Source: Roseibacillus sp. (GTDB lineage Bacteria; Verrucomicrobiota; Verrucomicrobiia; Verrucomicrobiales; Akkermansiaceae). Taken from it: a stretch of DNA of 64,000 nt. Of the stretch, positions 10,217-20,500 are shown piece by piece. The DNA lies in the NCBI GenBank assembly GCA_965242925.1, contig CBDEUM010000029.1, positions 96,001 to 160,000 on the forward strand. Reading direction: 5' to 3'. The notes beneath the pieces are model-generated. The model did no database searches. It saw only the letters and a list, made by a program, of their open reading frames with translations, and had not been told where the DNA came from. Every line of letters begins with the position of its first letter. The stretch's first letter is position 1. A program made the position numbers and the translations under genes.

Positions 10217-12826
10217 ATGAGGTATTCCATAAGAACGAAAGTATCGGGAGCAGCCTGTGCCGCCTTCCTGTCGGCAGGGTTGCTGAGCTTCGCCGCCAAG
10301 CCAGGTGAAACCATTTACCAGCGGGGATTCCTCAGTGTGGAGGAGGCCCATAAGTCGATCCAGTTGCCGGATGGATACGCCCTCAAACTGGTGCTCAGTG
10401 AGCCCCATATCGAGGAACCGGTGGCCTGTGCCTTCGATGGCAATGGCGTGCTCTACGTGGTGGAGATGCGGACCTACATGCAGACTGCGGATGCAACGGG
10501 CGAACAGGAGCCGAAGAGCCGGATCTCACGTCACGAGGATACCGATGGGGACGGCATCTACGACAAGCACAGTGTCTTCATTGATAACCTCCTTCTTCCC
10601 CGGGCGGTTCTGCCCCTCGACGACCGGGTGATGGTGCACGTGACCAACACGCTCGATCTGTGGAACTACCGGGATACGGACGGCGACGGGGTTGCTGACG
10701 AGAAGGTGAAGATCTACGAAGGGGGCAGGCGGGGCGGCAACATGGAACACCAGCCCAGCGGACTGATCTGGGCCCTGGATAACTGGATCTACATCACCTA
10801 TGAGAACCGCCGCTACCGGTTTACGGACGGAAAACTGGAGATGCAGCGTATCCCGCGGGGGGGCGGCCAGTGGGGATTGACTCAGGATGACTGGGGCCGC
10901 CTTTACTATTCAACCGGGGGCGGAGAGAATCCCGCCTTCTTCTTTCAGCAACCGCCCGTCTACGGCATGCTGGACCTGCCGGGCCAGACCGCCCGGGACT
11001 TTCGCAGGGTTTTTCCCATTGCCGAGATTCCGGATGTGCAGGGTGGCCGCGGTCGCGTGGGTTCCAATGGCGGACTCAATAATATGACCGGCTGTGCGGG
11101 CCAGGGGGTCTTTCGTGGTGACCGGCTTCCCGAGGATATCCGGGGCGACCTTCTTATTCCTGAACCAGTGGGTCGCCTCATCCGGCGGGCTTCCGTGGAG
11201 CGCAGGGACGCCAAGACGGTGCTGACAAACAAGTATCCCGGGTCTGAGTTCATCCGTACCCGCGATGCTAACTTCCGTCCGCTCTGGGCGGAAACGGCCC
11301 CAGACGGTCGGATGCTCTTCGTCGACATGCACCGCGGGATCATCCAGCAGGGGAACTGGACCCGCCCGGGAAGCTACCTGCGTGGCATCATCGACAAGTG
11401 GGGGCTCGACAAGAATGTCGGCAAAGGCCGCATCTATCGGCTCGTCCACAAGGACTTCAAGCCGGGGCCCCAGCCGCGCATGCTGGAGGAGAAGACGGCA
11501 GACTTGGTGAAGCACCTCTCCCACCCCAACGGGTGGTGGCGGGACACCGCCAAGAAGCTCATCATCCTCCGGAAGGACCGCGATTCTGTGATCCCCGCCC
11601 TGAAGGAGCTTGCGCTCAAGGGCAAGACGGAGCTGGGTCGCTCCAACGCGCTTTGGACCCTGGAGGGAATCGGGGCGGTGGATGCCGGAACGGTAGCGGC
11701 AGCACTTCGGGATGCTTCCGTCATGGGCAAGGTCCAGGCCCTCCGGGTGGGCGAGCCTCTCATGGGGGACGGTGATCCGAAGGTAGTCTCTGCGATCCTG
11801 CAACTGGGCGAGTTGAGCGGGAATCCCAATCCCGAGGTGGCCACCCAGTTGATCAATTCGGTCGTTCTCAGCGGAACGGGCAACGAGGAGCTGCTCGTCC
11901 TCGCGGACGAGGTCGCCAAGGCATTTCCGGGCAACGATGCGGTCAAGGCCGTCGTGAGCAAGAGCGCCAGTATGCGGGCCCAGGCCCGGGCCGCCGCCGA
12001 GGCCCGCAGGAAAAATGCGCAGCTCGCCCGTTCCATGGAGAAAGGGAAAGTGATCTTCACCCAGCTGTGCTACACCTGCCACGGGGCCGACGGGAAGGGG
12101 ATGCCCGTGCCCGACGGGAAGCCTGGCCAGACCCTGGCCCCTTCGATGATCAAGGCTCCGCGTATCATCGGAAGTGGGAGCACGATGATTCGCACCATCC
12201 TGCACGGCCTCACCGGGCCCCTCGACGGAAAGACCTATCCCGGGGTGATGGCACCCATGAATTCACAGGATGATCAGTGGATTGCCGATATCGCCACCTA
12301 CATACGCAACAGCTTTGGCAACAAGGCGGCGCCAATCACCACGGATTTCGTGGCCGCCATCCGGAAGGAGACCAAGGGTCGCAGCACCCCTTTCACCCTC
12401 CCGGAACTTGAGGCTCTCGATCCTCCGATACTGGTCAACCGCAAGTCGTGGAAACTCAGTGCGAGTAATGGAGGAGGAGATGCCAGGAACGCGATCGACG
12501 GCAACAGGAGCAGCCGCTGGTCCTCGGGCCGGACGCAACGGGGCGGGGAGTGGTTCCAGATCGAGTTTCCGGAAGTGTCCAGGGTCAGTGAACTCATTCT
12601 CGATGCGGCTCCCTCTACCGACGATTACCCCCGGGAATACGAGGTGGTTGTGATGGCAAACGGCGAGTGGAGCAAGGCTCTCGCCAAAGGATCCGGAAAT
12701 GGTCCGGTGACGGTTATTGGCCTGCCGCTTGTGGAAGCGAAGATCATACGCATTACCCAGAAGGGCAGCGCGAACGGCAAGCACTGGTCGATCCACGACC
12801 TGCAGATCAAGGGGAAGAAGAAGTAG
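10217..12826 (+). CDS. PVC-type membrane-bound dehydrogenase domain protein with HEAT-like region, cytochrome c (CYTCH) and C-terminal discoidin F5/8 domain
   Basis: LPDGYALKLVLSEP, EDTDGDGIYDK propeller motifs, LSHPNGWWRDTA, CYTCHG, NAIDGNRSSRWSS...WFQIEF. Confidence 0.85.
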   Translation: MRYSIRTKVSGAACAAFLSAGLLSFAAKPGETIYQRGFLSVEEAHKSIQLPDGYALKLVLSEPHIEEPVACAFDGNGVLYVVEMRTYMQTADATGEQEPKSRISRHEDTDGDGIYDKHSVFIDNLLLPRAVLPLDDRVMVHVTNTLDLWNYRDTDGDGVADEKVKIYEGGRRGGNMEHQPSGLIWALDNWIYITYENRRYRFTDGKLEMQRIPRGGGQWGLTQDDWGRLYYSTGGGENPAFFFQQPPVYGMLDLPGQTARDFRRVFPIAEIPDVQGGRGRVGSNGGLNNMTGCAGQGVFRGDRLPEDIRGDLLIPEPVGRLIRRASVERRDAKTVLTNKYPGSEFIRTRDANFRPLWAETAPDGRMLFVDMHRGIIQQGNWTRPGSYLRGIIDKWGLDKNVGKGRIYRLVHKDFKPGPQPRMLEEKTADLVKHLSHPNGWWRDTAKKLIILRKDRDSVIPALKELALKGKTELGRSNALWTLEGIGAVDAGTVAAALRDASVMGKVQALRVGEPLMGDGDPKVVSAILQLGELSGNPNPEVATQLINSVVLSGTGNEELLVLADEVAKAFPGNDAVKAVVSKSASMRAQARAAAEARRKNAQLARSMEKGKVIFTQLCYTCHGADGKGMPVPDGKPGQTLAPSMIKAPRIIGSGSTMIRTILHGLTGPLDGKTYPGVMAPMNSQDDQWIADIATYIRNSFGNKAAPITTDFVAAIRKETKGRSTPFTLPELEALDPPILVNRKSWKLSASNGGGDARNAIDGNRSSRWSSGRTQRGGEWFQIEFPEVSRVSELILDAAPSTDDYPREYEVVVMANGEWSKALAKGSGNGPVTVIGLPLVEAKIIRITQKGSANGKHWSIHDLQIKGKKK

Positions 12827-12849
12827 AGCAGGTCGTCCATGAATTGAAG

Positions 12850-12876
12850 AAGGCCACCCACAGGGGTGGCCTTTTC
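12850..12876. terminator. Rho-independent terminator hairpin between convergent genes
   Basis: AAGGCCACCC-ACAG-GGGTGGCCTT followed by TTC. Confidence 0.75.
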
Positions 12877-12904
12877 ATGGTCGAGGAATGCAATTGGTCT
12901 GTTC

Positions 12905-13832
12905 CTACCGCTTCGGATAGTCCTGGTTTTCGTCAAGGTCTGCTTCCGTGATCTTGTCGGAAGGAACGCCGTCTGCGGGAACCTCGGCCTTGGCGCACCA
13001 GGTGATGGCATTGAGGACAATCTTGCGGAAGTCGTCGTGGCCCCAGTTACGGTGAAAGTGTCCGCCGGTGAAGCCAAACCCGCGGCCCCCATCGGGGCGC
13101 TCGTAGGCCCAGGCCATGTGCTGGATCTCGCCTCGCTCAAGGGCGGCCTTGACATGGGGATTGCCTGAGTGGAATCCGTTCCGCCGCTTCATGGTGCTGG
13201 CGGGCGGATGAGCGGAGAGGATGGGGGTGACGCCCTTCATTTTTTCCTGGAAGCGCATGTGAAAGTACCATTCATCGCGAATCTTGAATGGTTTGACCCC
13301 CTGGGTGATGGGGTGCTTGGGCAGCTCCTTGAAGTCCGCGTCCCAGTGGGGATTGACTGACCAGTTTCCCTCGAAGTAGCCCCCGATCCAGCTGAGGAAC
13401 TTTTCCCCGGACTTACCCTTGGGGACTTCCACCCCGTAGTGGAGGCAGACGAGGCCACAGCCATCCTTGAGTTTGACGTCAAGTCCCTCAAGGTGCTTGG
13501 TTGGCCATGTGGCCTCCCCCTCCGTCACAGTAGAAGATGACGCAGTCCGCGTCCTCCAGCTCCGTGGCATTGCCGGGCCAGCCCTTGGCCAGGTGAACCT
13601 CGGCGTCCAGGGTGTCGCCCATGTGCTTGTTGAGTTGCTTGGCGAGTAGAAGGCAGCCGGCCCGGTGCTCGTGCTGATCGTAGCCGTGGCTGCGGTGCCC
13701 GGCCATGAAGACGACTTTCTTTTTCTCCCTGGCGTCCGATGCGGCGTCCTTGTCTTTGTCACCGAACAAGGCTGGTCCGGTGAGGGCCAGAAGCATGACG
13801 GCCAGGAGGGCAGTGAGTGCGGTTTTCATCAT
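12905..13832 (-). pseudogene. ThuA-like (class I glutamine amidotransferase fold) exported protein, split by a 1-bp insertion near 13500
   Basis: The N-part (signal peptide, VVFMAGHRSH, YCDGGGGH) and C-part (LVCLHYGVEV, HPITQGVKPF, DEWYFHM, GFTGGHFH) join at ATG-GCC-AAC-[C]-AAG-CAC. Confidence 0.85.
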
Positions 13833-13902
13833 GGCGGGAATACGAACTGATTTGACGCGATCTTGCAATGACCGATGAGAAGCCGGACCGGCAGCTCTCC
13901 AG

Positions 13903-16494
13903 TCAGTCGGAAACGAGGATGTTGTCGATGGAGAGGCCGCTGAAGGCATCGGCGCTGTTGTCACTGAGGAAGTTCCACTCGATGAGGATGGACTCTCCGA
14001 TCGCCTCGGGAGTGATTTCGATCTGAAAGGTTTTCCAGTCAGAATCGAACTCGGTCATGTCCATGAGGACCGCCGCACCCAGTGGAGTGAGGTCGGAGGC
14101 TCTCAGGAAGCGGACGGTGGCCGTGTCGGCGAAGCCATCGGCGTCGCGGTAGGCCTGGAAGGTCAGTTTGGCGGAGGCGACCCCGGTCAGGTCAATGGCG
14201 GGTGAACGGAGAGAGATGTCGGCGTTTGGACCGTAGTCCCCCAGGTTTGTGCACCAGGCATTGAGGGAGTCGCCGGCACCGCTGATCGGGCCCGTGCTGC
14301 CCCCGGGGGTTCCCAGGGTCCACCGGGTGTCGCCTGCTCCGTCGTTGACCACCGTCGTCCAGTCGTCGGTGTTGCCCTCGAGGTCGTCGTCAAAAAGAGT
14401 GACCGGCGGGAGGGGGAATTGCTGCACGCGGTAGAAGCGCGTGGGATCGGCCGGGAACGGGAGAGAGTGCACGTTGAGAGGGGGGGTGCCCGCAATTTCG
14501 AACACGCCATTGTTTTCCACCGATCCCGGCGCATTCACCGATTCCCAGGTGGAGAGCTCCGCGGACAGGTCCGTGCTGGTCCGCAGGACATAGAACATTC
14601 CGGGCAGGCTCTCCCACTCAAGGACAAGCTCGTTGGCGTCTTCCCTGACGTGGAGGGGCAGCCTGACCGGATCGAGAAGATCGAGGACGGTGGGCACGGT
14701 CGCGAGTTCCGCAATGGTGGCTGGTGGGAGAACGGATTTCCACAACGACACTTCGTCGATTTTGCCGGCGACCAAGTGACTGGGATTGGCTCGCAGGATG
14801 CCGCCGATGGTGGTGGTGTTAAGAGCGGAATTGATATCCTTGAAGGCCCAGTCGTCGCGGTCGAGCACGCCATCGACATAGAGTTGAATCTTCTGGTCAG
14901 TATCGCTGTGGGTGTATGCGATATGGCGCCAGGTTCCGTCGAGCCACTGGTCATTGGAGAACTGGTGGTTGGGGCTCCCCGCGTCACGCAGGTAGACATC
15001 GATGGTATTATCCGAACCATTGTTCCGGGTGCCCAGGTTCAGGAGCGGGTCGTTGCTGTTGGTCGAGGCCTCGGCAAAGAAGCGAAGATCATTCTGGCCC
15101 TGGCCCGTGATCTTGACCCACATCGAAATAGTGTAGGCCGGATGCTGGGAGATCGGGAGGTTCTCTCCTGCCGTGTGGATGCGGGCGAGCATTTCATTGG
15201 AGCCATCAAAGGTGGCCACCATGCGTCCCTCGTCGGGGCCGAAGTTCGAGGCATCCATGTTGCGCAGTTCCATGTCGTAGCCATCGGGTCCCAGATCCGG
15301 GGTGGTCACCCCGTCGGTCTCGTCGAGGGGCCAGTAGGCGCTGAGGAGGTCTGCCAGCGGGAGGGTGTCGGGGACGTTGGGATTGGTGCCGGCCTCCACC
15401 TCGTCTCCATCGGAGAAGCCATCTCCATCGGAATCCCTGGCCAGAGGATCAGTTCCCAAGGTGGTTTCCTCTCCATCGCTCAGGCCGTCCCCGTCGGTGT
15501 CGCCCTGATTCGGGTTCGTCCCAGCGGTCTCTTCGTCGCCATCGTTGGAGCCGTCCCCATCGGAGTCGGAATTTCTCGGGTCGGTCCTGTTCGCAAACTC
15601 CTCGGCATTGGTGGAACCATCGTTGTCGGGATCCCCATCGGGGCCATTGAACTCATCGTTGGTTCCGTCGTCATTGGGATCGAGGTCGTGCTGGACCTCC
15701 CACTCATTGGGGAGACCGTCTCCGTCGCTGTCCTCGGCCGGGGTGCGCAGGTTCGGAGGAGAGATGCCATCGGCCAGGGCAGCCGCGTCGTCGTCGGTCA
15801 GTTCCTCATCCCAGAAGCTGACATCATCGATGCTGCCGTTAAACTGGCAGCAGTCCGAACCCCGCAGAATCCCGCCGATGGTCGTGGTGTCGGGGGTGAA
15901 GGCGGGAATGGCGGAGTAGTTGAACTGGGCGTCGAATGCTCCGTCGATGTAGAGATCGAGGAGGCCGTCCTCTCCGCCCATGAACACGACGTGGTGCCAG
16001 GTCCCATCAAAGGCGGTGCCGGGGGAGTAGGCGTGCCCGAATGCCGCGCCATTGCGGATGTAGATATCAACCGTGCCGTTGGCGCCGCTGCTGTGGGTTC
16101 CGACATTGAAAAGCGGATTGTTGTTGGTGGTCATTCCCTCCGAGAAGATCCGGTCATCCCGGTTGACGGTTCCGTCGCCATTAACCCACATGGAGACGGA
16201 GAAGGAGGGAAGGGTGGTCAGCGCCAGCCCGCCGGATTGGTCGGCATTCTGGATGTTGCCGTAATGGCCTGCGGTTCCGGGAAAGGAGACCGACTGTCCC
16301 CCCCCGATGGTGGCCGGCACGGAATTCGAGTAGGCCGTGTTGGGTCCAACCAACGTTCCGTGGTTGCCATTGCCGGAGGCATCCTGGAAGTCGCCGTCGA
16401 GCGGATAGTAGGCGACCAGATCGGCAAGGGCAGGAGTGCCGGCGATCACGAGTCCGGCGGAGAGGGCGATAATCAGGCGAGGAGCGTATTTCAT
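13903..16494 (-). CDS. Secreted LamG-like jellyroll protein (2 LamG domains, Ca-binding DxDxDG repeats, verrucomicrobial beta-domain, terminal beta-sandwich)
   Basis: Signal peptide; LVAYYPLDG...DGTWHHVV...LYIDG...FNGSIDDVSFW; second LamG LSAYWPLDE...GKIDEVSLW; DSDGDG repeats. Confidence 0.85.
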   Translation of the reverse strand: MKYAPRLIIALSAGLVIAGTPALADLVAYYPLDGDFQDASGNGNHGTLVGPNTAYSNSVPATIGGGQSVSFPGTAGHYGNIQNADQSGGLALTTLPSFSVSMWVNGDGTVNRDDRIFSEGMTTNNNPLFNVGTHSSGANGTVDIYIRNGAAFGHAYSPGTAFDGTWHHVVFMGGEDGLLDLYIDGAFDAQFNYSAIPAFTPDTTTIGGILRGSDCCQFNGSIDDVSFWDEELTDDDAAALADGISPPNLRTPAEDSDGDGLPNEWEVQHDLDPNDDGTNDEFNGPDGDPDNDGSTNAEEFANRTDPRNSDSDGDGSNDGDEETAGTNPNQGDTDGDGLSDGEETTLGTDPLARDSDGDGFSDGDEVEAGTNPNVPDTLPLADLLSAYWPLDETDGVTTPDLGPDGYDMELRNMDASNFGPDEGRMVATFDGSNEMLARIHTAGENLPISQHPAYTISMWVKITGQGQNDLRFFAEASTNSNDPLLNLGTRNNGSDNTIDVYLRDAGSPNHQFSNDQWLDGTWRHIAYTHSDTDQKIQLYVDGVLDRDDWAFKDINSALNTTTIGGILRANPSHLVAGKIDEVSLWKSVLPPATIAELATVPTVLDLLDPVRLPLHVREDANELVLEWESLPGMFYVLRTSTDLSAELSTWESVNAPGSVENNGVFEIAGTPPLNVHSLPFPADPTRFYRVQQFPLPPVTLFDDDLEGNTDDWTTVVNDGAGDTRWTLGTPGGSTGPISGAGDSLNAWCTNLGDYGPNADISLRSPAIDLTGVASAKLTFQAYRDADGFADTATVRFLRASDLTPLGAAVLMDMTEFDSDWKTFQIEITPEAIGESILIEWNFLSDNSADAFSGLSIDNILVSD
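15380..15735 (-). repeat. Intragenic acidic thrombospondin type-3-like repeats (DxDxDG..D..E...GT.P)
   Basis: DSDGDGLPNEWE, DPDNDGSTNAEE, DSDGDGSNDGDE, DTDGDGLSDGEE, DSDGDGFSDGDE. Confidence 0.85.
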
Positions 16495-17345
16495 GGGAGA
16501 ATCAGAATGGTGCGGGGGTTTCTAAAGAAACGAGTCGATGACCTTAAGTCACCGACTCGCAAAAGGGATCAGCTGATTTGATTTAGCGAATCAGCTCGAT
16601 ATCTTGTCAGCTAGCGTCGCCGGCGAAAGAGCAGGAGGAGACCACTGAGACCCAGGAGGGCCGAGGAAGGCTCGGGTACCTGAAGGGCGCTTCCGCCACT
16701 GGCGAGCACGGAAATCTCGCTCTGAGTAAGATCGCGGCTCCAGAAGCTGACATCATCAATGCTGCCATTGAACTGGCAGCAGTCCGAACCCCGCAGAATC
16801 CCGCCGATGGTGGTGGTGTCGGGGGTGAAAGCGGGGATGCCGGAGTAGTTGAACTGGGCGTCGAATGCTCCGTCGATGTAGAGATCGAGGAGGCCGTCCT
16901 CTCCGCCCATGAACACGACATGATGCCAGGTCCCATCAAAGGCGGTGCCGGGGGAGTAGGCGTGTCCGAACGCCGCGCCATTGCGGATGTAGATATCAAC
17001 CGTGCCGTTGGCGCCGCTGCTGTGGGTTCCGACATTGAAAAGCGGATTGTTGTTGGTGGTCATTCCCTCCGAGAAGATCCGGTCATCCCGGTTGACGGTC
17101 CCATCGCCATTAACCCACATGGAGACGGAGAAGGAGGAAAGGGCAGTCAGCGCCAGACCGCCGGATTGGGCGGCATTCTGGATGTTGCCGTAATGGCCTG
17201 CGGTCCCGGGAAAGGAGACCGACTGTCCCCCCCCGATGGAGGCCGGCACGGAATTCGAGTAGCCCGTGTTGCCTCCAACCAGCGTTCCGTGGTTGCCATT
17301 GCCGGAGGCATCCTGGAAGTCGCCGTCGAGCGGATAGTAGGCGAC
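15811..17345. repeat. 606-bp direct duplication (15811-16416 and 16740-17345) encoding a LamG domain
   Basis: Colinear without indels at offset 929; about 24 mismatches counted by eye (~96% identity). Confidence 0.95.
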
Positions 17346-17417
17346 GAGGCTGGCCTGAGAGGGAAGGAGTGCTGCTCCCGAGAGGAGGGCAGAGAGGAGG
17401 AGGGTTCTTGGGATCAT
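16611..17417 (-). CDS. LamG domain protein with PEP-CTERM sorting signal
   Basis: Signal peptide, LamG domain, C-terminus VPEPSSALLGLSGLLLLFRRRR. Confidence 0.93.
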   Translation of the reverse strand: MIPRTLLLSALLSGAALLPSQASLVAYYPLDGDFQDASGNGNHGTLVGGNTGYSNSVPASIGGGQSVSFPGTAGHYGNIQNAAQSGGLALTALSSFSVSMWVNGDGTVNRDDRIFSEGMTTNNNPLFNVGTHSSGANGTVDIYIRNGAAFGHAYSPGTAFDGTWHHVVFMGGEDGLLDLYIDGAFDAQFNYSGIPAFTPDTTTIGGILRGSDCCQFNGSIDDVSFWSRDLTQSEISVLASGGSALQVPEPSSALLGLSGLLLLFRRRR

Positions 17418-17535
17418 CAGCTTCGTTTGCGTTTAGGCCGCAATAAAATGGGATTGCTCCGCTCTCGACAAGTGAAATCTTTGGGGGCAAATGCTCCCGG
17501 CTCTTCGGTTAAAGTTGATTGATGTTTGGGATTGC

Positions 17536-20500
17536 CTAGGGAGCGCGGTTTCGAAGGATCACGCGGAGCCGGACATGCCCCTTGGGAGGGGCCCCGGGCA
17601 AAATGCCGATGGTGACGAGGATTCGCCCATCTGCGAGGTTTTCCCGCCCGGGGAGGGGCCAGTTGGGTGGGGCCGTTCCCCAGTTCTGGAGATCCGGCGA
17701 GAATTCCAGGGTCAGGCTGACATCCTCCGCTGCGGGATCGACCGGGTAGCGGAGGGCCCAGGTTCCACCGGGGACGCGGACAATCTCGAAGGCAGGTGCC
17801 GCATCAAAGGAGAGGTCGTCGGAGCCCAGGGCATACTCCAGGATCGCAGGATGGCGGTCTCGATCACGATCAGCGTTTGGATCGCCGACAAAGGATCGGG
17901 CATCACTGGTGGCTGGGGAGCCACCGGGAAGGACGCTGGCCCGCCAGTTGGCCGGATCGGAGGGGTCGGGATTTCTGCCGGGAGTGATCAGAGTGAGAGA
18001 ATAGCCGGTGGTGTCGGGGATCGGGGACCAGGGGAGTTCGTCATCGTAGCGGAAGGAACGGATGAGCGTGCCGTCGTGTGCGAGCAGGGCGAGGGTGTCA
18101 CCGCCATTGTCAAGATCGCCGGTGAACTCTCCCGCGATGGCAAGACCGGTTCCATACTCCGCCTCGAAGGCGGCGAGGTTGTCGACGAGAAGAACGCGCT
18201 CGCCGGGTGCGAGAACGAATCCTGCAGGAAACTCGAATTTGATTCCGGCAACAAACCGGACTGCGGTCAGGTCGATGGGAGTGTCCGCGATGTTCATCAG
18301 TTCCACGAACTCCAGGGTGCCGCCGCCGAGGGGGTTGTAGTGGATCTCCGTGAGGACCAGGTTGGCGGAACTGGCAGGATCACCCACGATGAAGAGAGCT
18401 TCGTTGAGGGCGGACCACTCGCCATTGTGGAGCGTGCGGGCCCTGATCGTTCCCGTGGTGGTCAGAGCGATCCCGTCTGCCGCGACGACCCTGGCGCTGG
18501 GATTGACCGCTCCCCCGCGGAGGCGGGGGTCGGATCCATCCCGGGTATGGTAGATCGTACCCGCAGGTGCGGTGATCTGGAGCTGGCGGCCGGTGGAAAC
18601 AACTCCGCCGGGCCGGGAGAACCCGGGTGCGACGAGATCGGGATAGAGGCCCTGGGCACGGAACTGGCCGAGAACGATGGTGGAGCGCCGGGGGAACCAG
18701 TTGTCGAGGAGGCTCTGCCGCAATGGGTTGAAGTCGTTCTCGACGGTGTAGGGAACGGCCCGCCGATAGTCGCCCCAGCGGGCACTCTCCGCGATGAGAG
18801 CCTGTTCAATCTCCCCGGTGACTTCCATCCAGCGTGCGGCCGCGTTCGTGGCGGTGAGTGGACCATCGTTGGCGAAGGCCCGGTGAAGGTGATCGGCGAA
18901 GAGCAGGCGGTACTCCGCATTGACCCGCAGGGGATGGTGGAACTTGGTGGGCGAGTCGTCATCGCGTGAGTGCGGGGTGGTGCGATTGATGGTGACCGAC
19001 GGCTTCATTCCGTGCTCGTTGTCCCAACTGAAGAACTTGAAGCCGGTGCCACGGGCATTGCGATCGAGTCCGATGTAGTTGTTGCCGGGCCAGTCGGTGG
19101 CAGCGGAGTACATGTTGTGGATCATGTAGTCGATGAGGTTGGGCACATCGAGGTGGGCCGGGCGCCGCGGATCCGGTGTTCCATCGGGGGAGTTTCCCTG
19201 AAGGGCCTGGTAGGGGGCGTTCCTGGTGAAGTCCCGGTAGCCGGCGTTCCAGTTGCCGGGGTCGTTCTGGATCAGAGCGAGGAGGTCGCGGTAGGCTTCG
19301 CCATTTCCGTCAATGACTTCCTCGTGATTCTTCAGGGAATCCTGGTCGTCCTTGTCGCCACCAAAGTAGCTCGCCATGAAGGCCGCGTCGGGTCGTTCGA
19401 CCGGATTGTAGACGCCCCAGTAGAGGCCGTTGAGGTAGAGGTGGACCCAGATCCCGTGCGGACTGGGTCGGCCCATGGCAAGCTGGGTGCGCCGGGTCCA
19501 TTCATCCCGCACGAACTGGCCCTGCCGGTTGCTGGTCGAGTCGTAGACCCAGGCATCCTGGGCGTTGGAGCGGAGGATGATGGTGTCGAATTCCCGGGCG
19601 GCGTCCGGACCGAAGAGGGGATAGCGCAGCTTTCCGGGGCCATACATCTTCCGGAACGCCAATCGCAGGGAGTGTTTGGGATTCCGGCTGGGATTGCGGG
19701 AGGTAAACCCCTGCATGCGAATGCCGCAGTCGATCTGGATCAACGCACCCTCGATGGGATCGATCAATTCGACCGAGCACGATCGTTCCCAGGCCATCCC
19801 GCGTCCTTCCGTGTTGTGATAGATTCCGGTTGCGGTTCCGAAGAGATCGCCGACATCCATCACGATCGACATGGTGGGGAGGGATTTGAGAGCCCCGACA
19901 ATGATGGACTTGGCCTCCTCCTGGCTGGCGTCTGGCTCGTTGACAATTGCCCGCAGACCGGCGAGGTCCTGGTCCATTGCGTAATCCCATCCGGTCCAGG
20001 TGATGGGAAAGCCTGCCGGCCTCCGTGGTTGGTTTGGGACCTGGGCGGGAAAGAGATAGGTCTGGGTATCCACATTGGCAGGTTCGTGGCCCTCGAGGAA
20101 GGCGGCGGCTCTCAGGATGGTGGTCCGCCGGATCGTGATCCCCGGAGCGCCGGGATAGGTGATCCCGTTGGTGAGGGTGGGAGCGGAGCCATCGGTTGTG
20201 TAGCGGATGAGAGCGCCCGGGGTCTCGGTGGTGATCTCGACCTGGAATGGACGCTCATAGAACCCACGGTGATGGGAGAAGCGGGTGTCGGAGACAAAGC
20301 CGGTGACCGCCGCCCCGTGGTTCCTGCCTCCCGGAGTAGGAGTGGCGAAGTAGCCGGTTTCGAGCGGGGCGACCATTCCGTGCAACCCGTAGGAGATATC
20401 CTCCCGCTGGCGCGGATAGGAGACGAATTCGCTGGCGGCTGCGACGGAGTTGTCAGCGGTCGGTCTGACCAGGGCGAGGTGGCCGCCGGCCGCCTTGTTG

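Noticed and set aside
15380..15735. Periodic repeats as a CRISPR array
   Set aside because: They are degenerate in-frame protein repeats (DxDxDG), not identical DNA repeats with spacers; no cas genes.
15811..17345. Duplication as a diversity-generating retroelement TR/VR pair
   Set aside because: Mismatches are not adenine-specific and are mostly synonymous; both copies are coding; no reverse transcriptase in the window.
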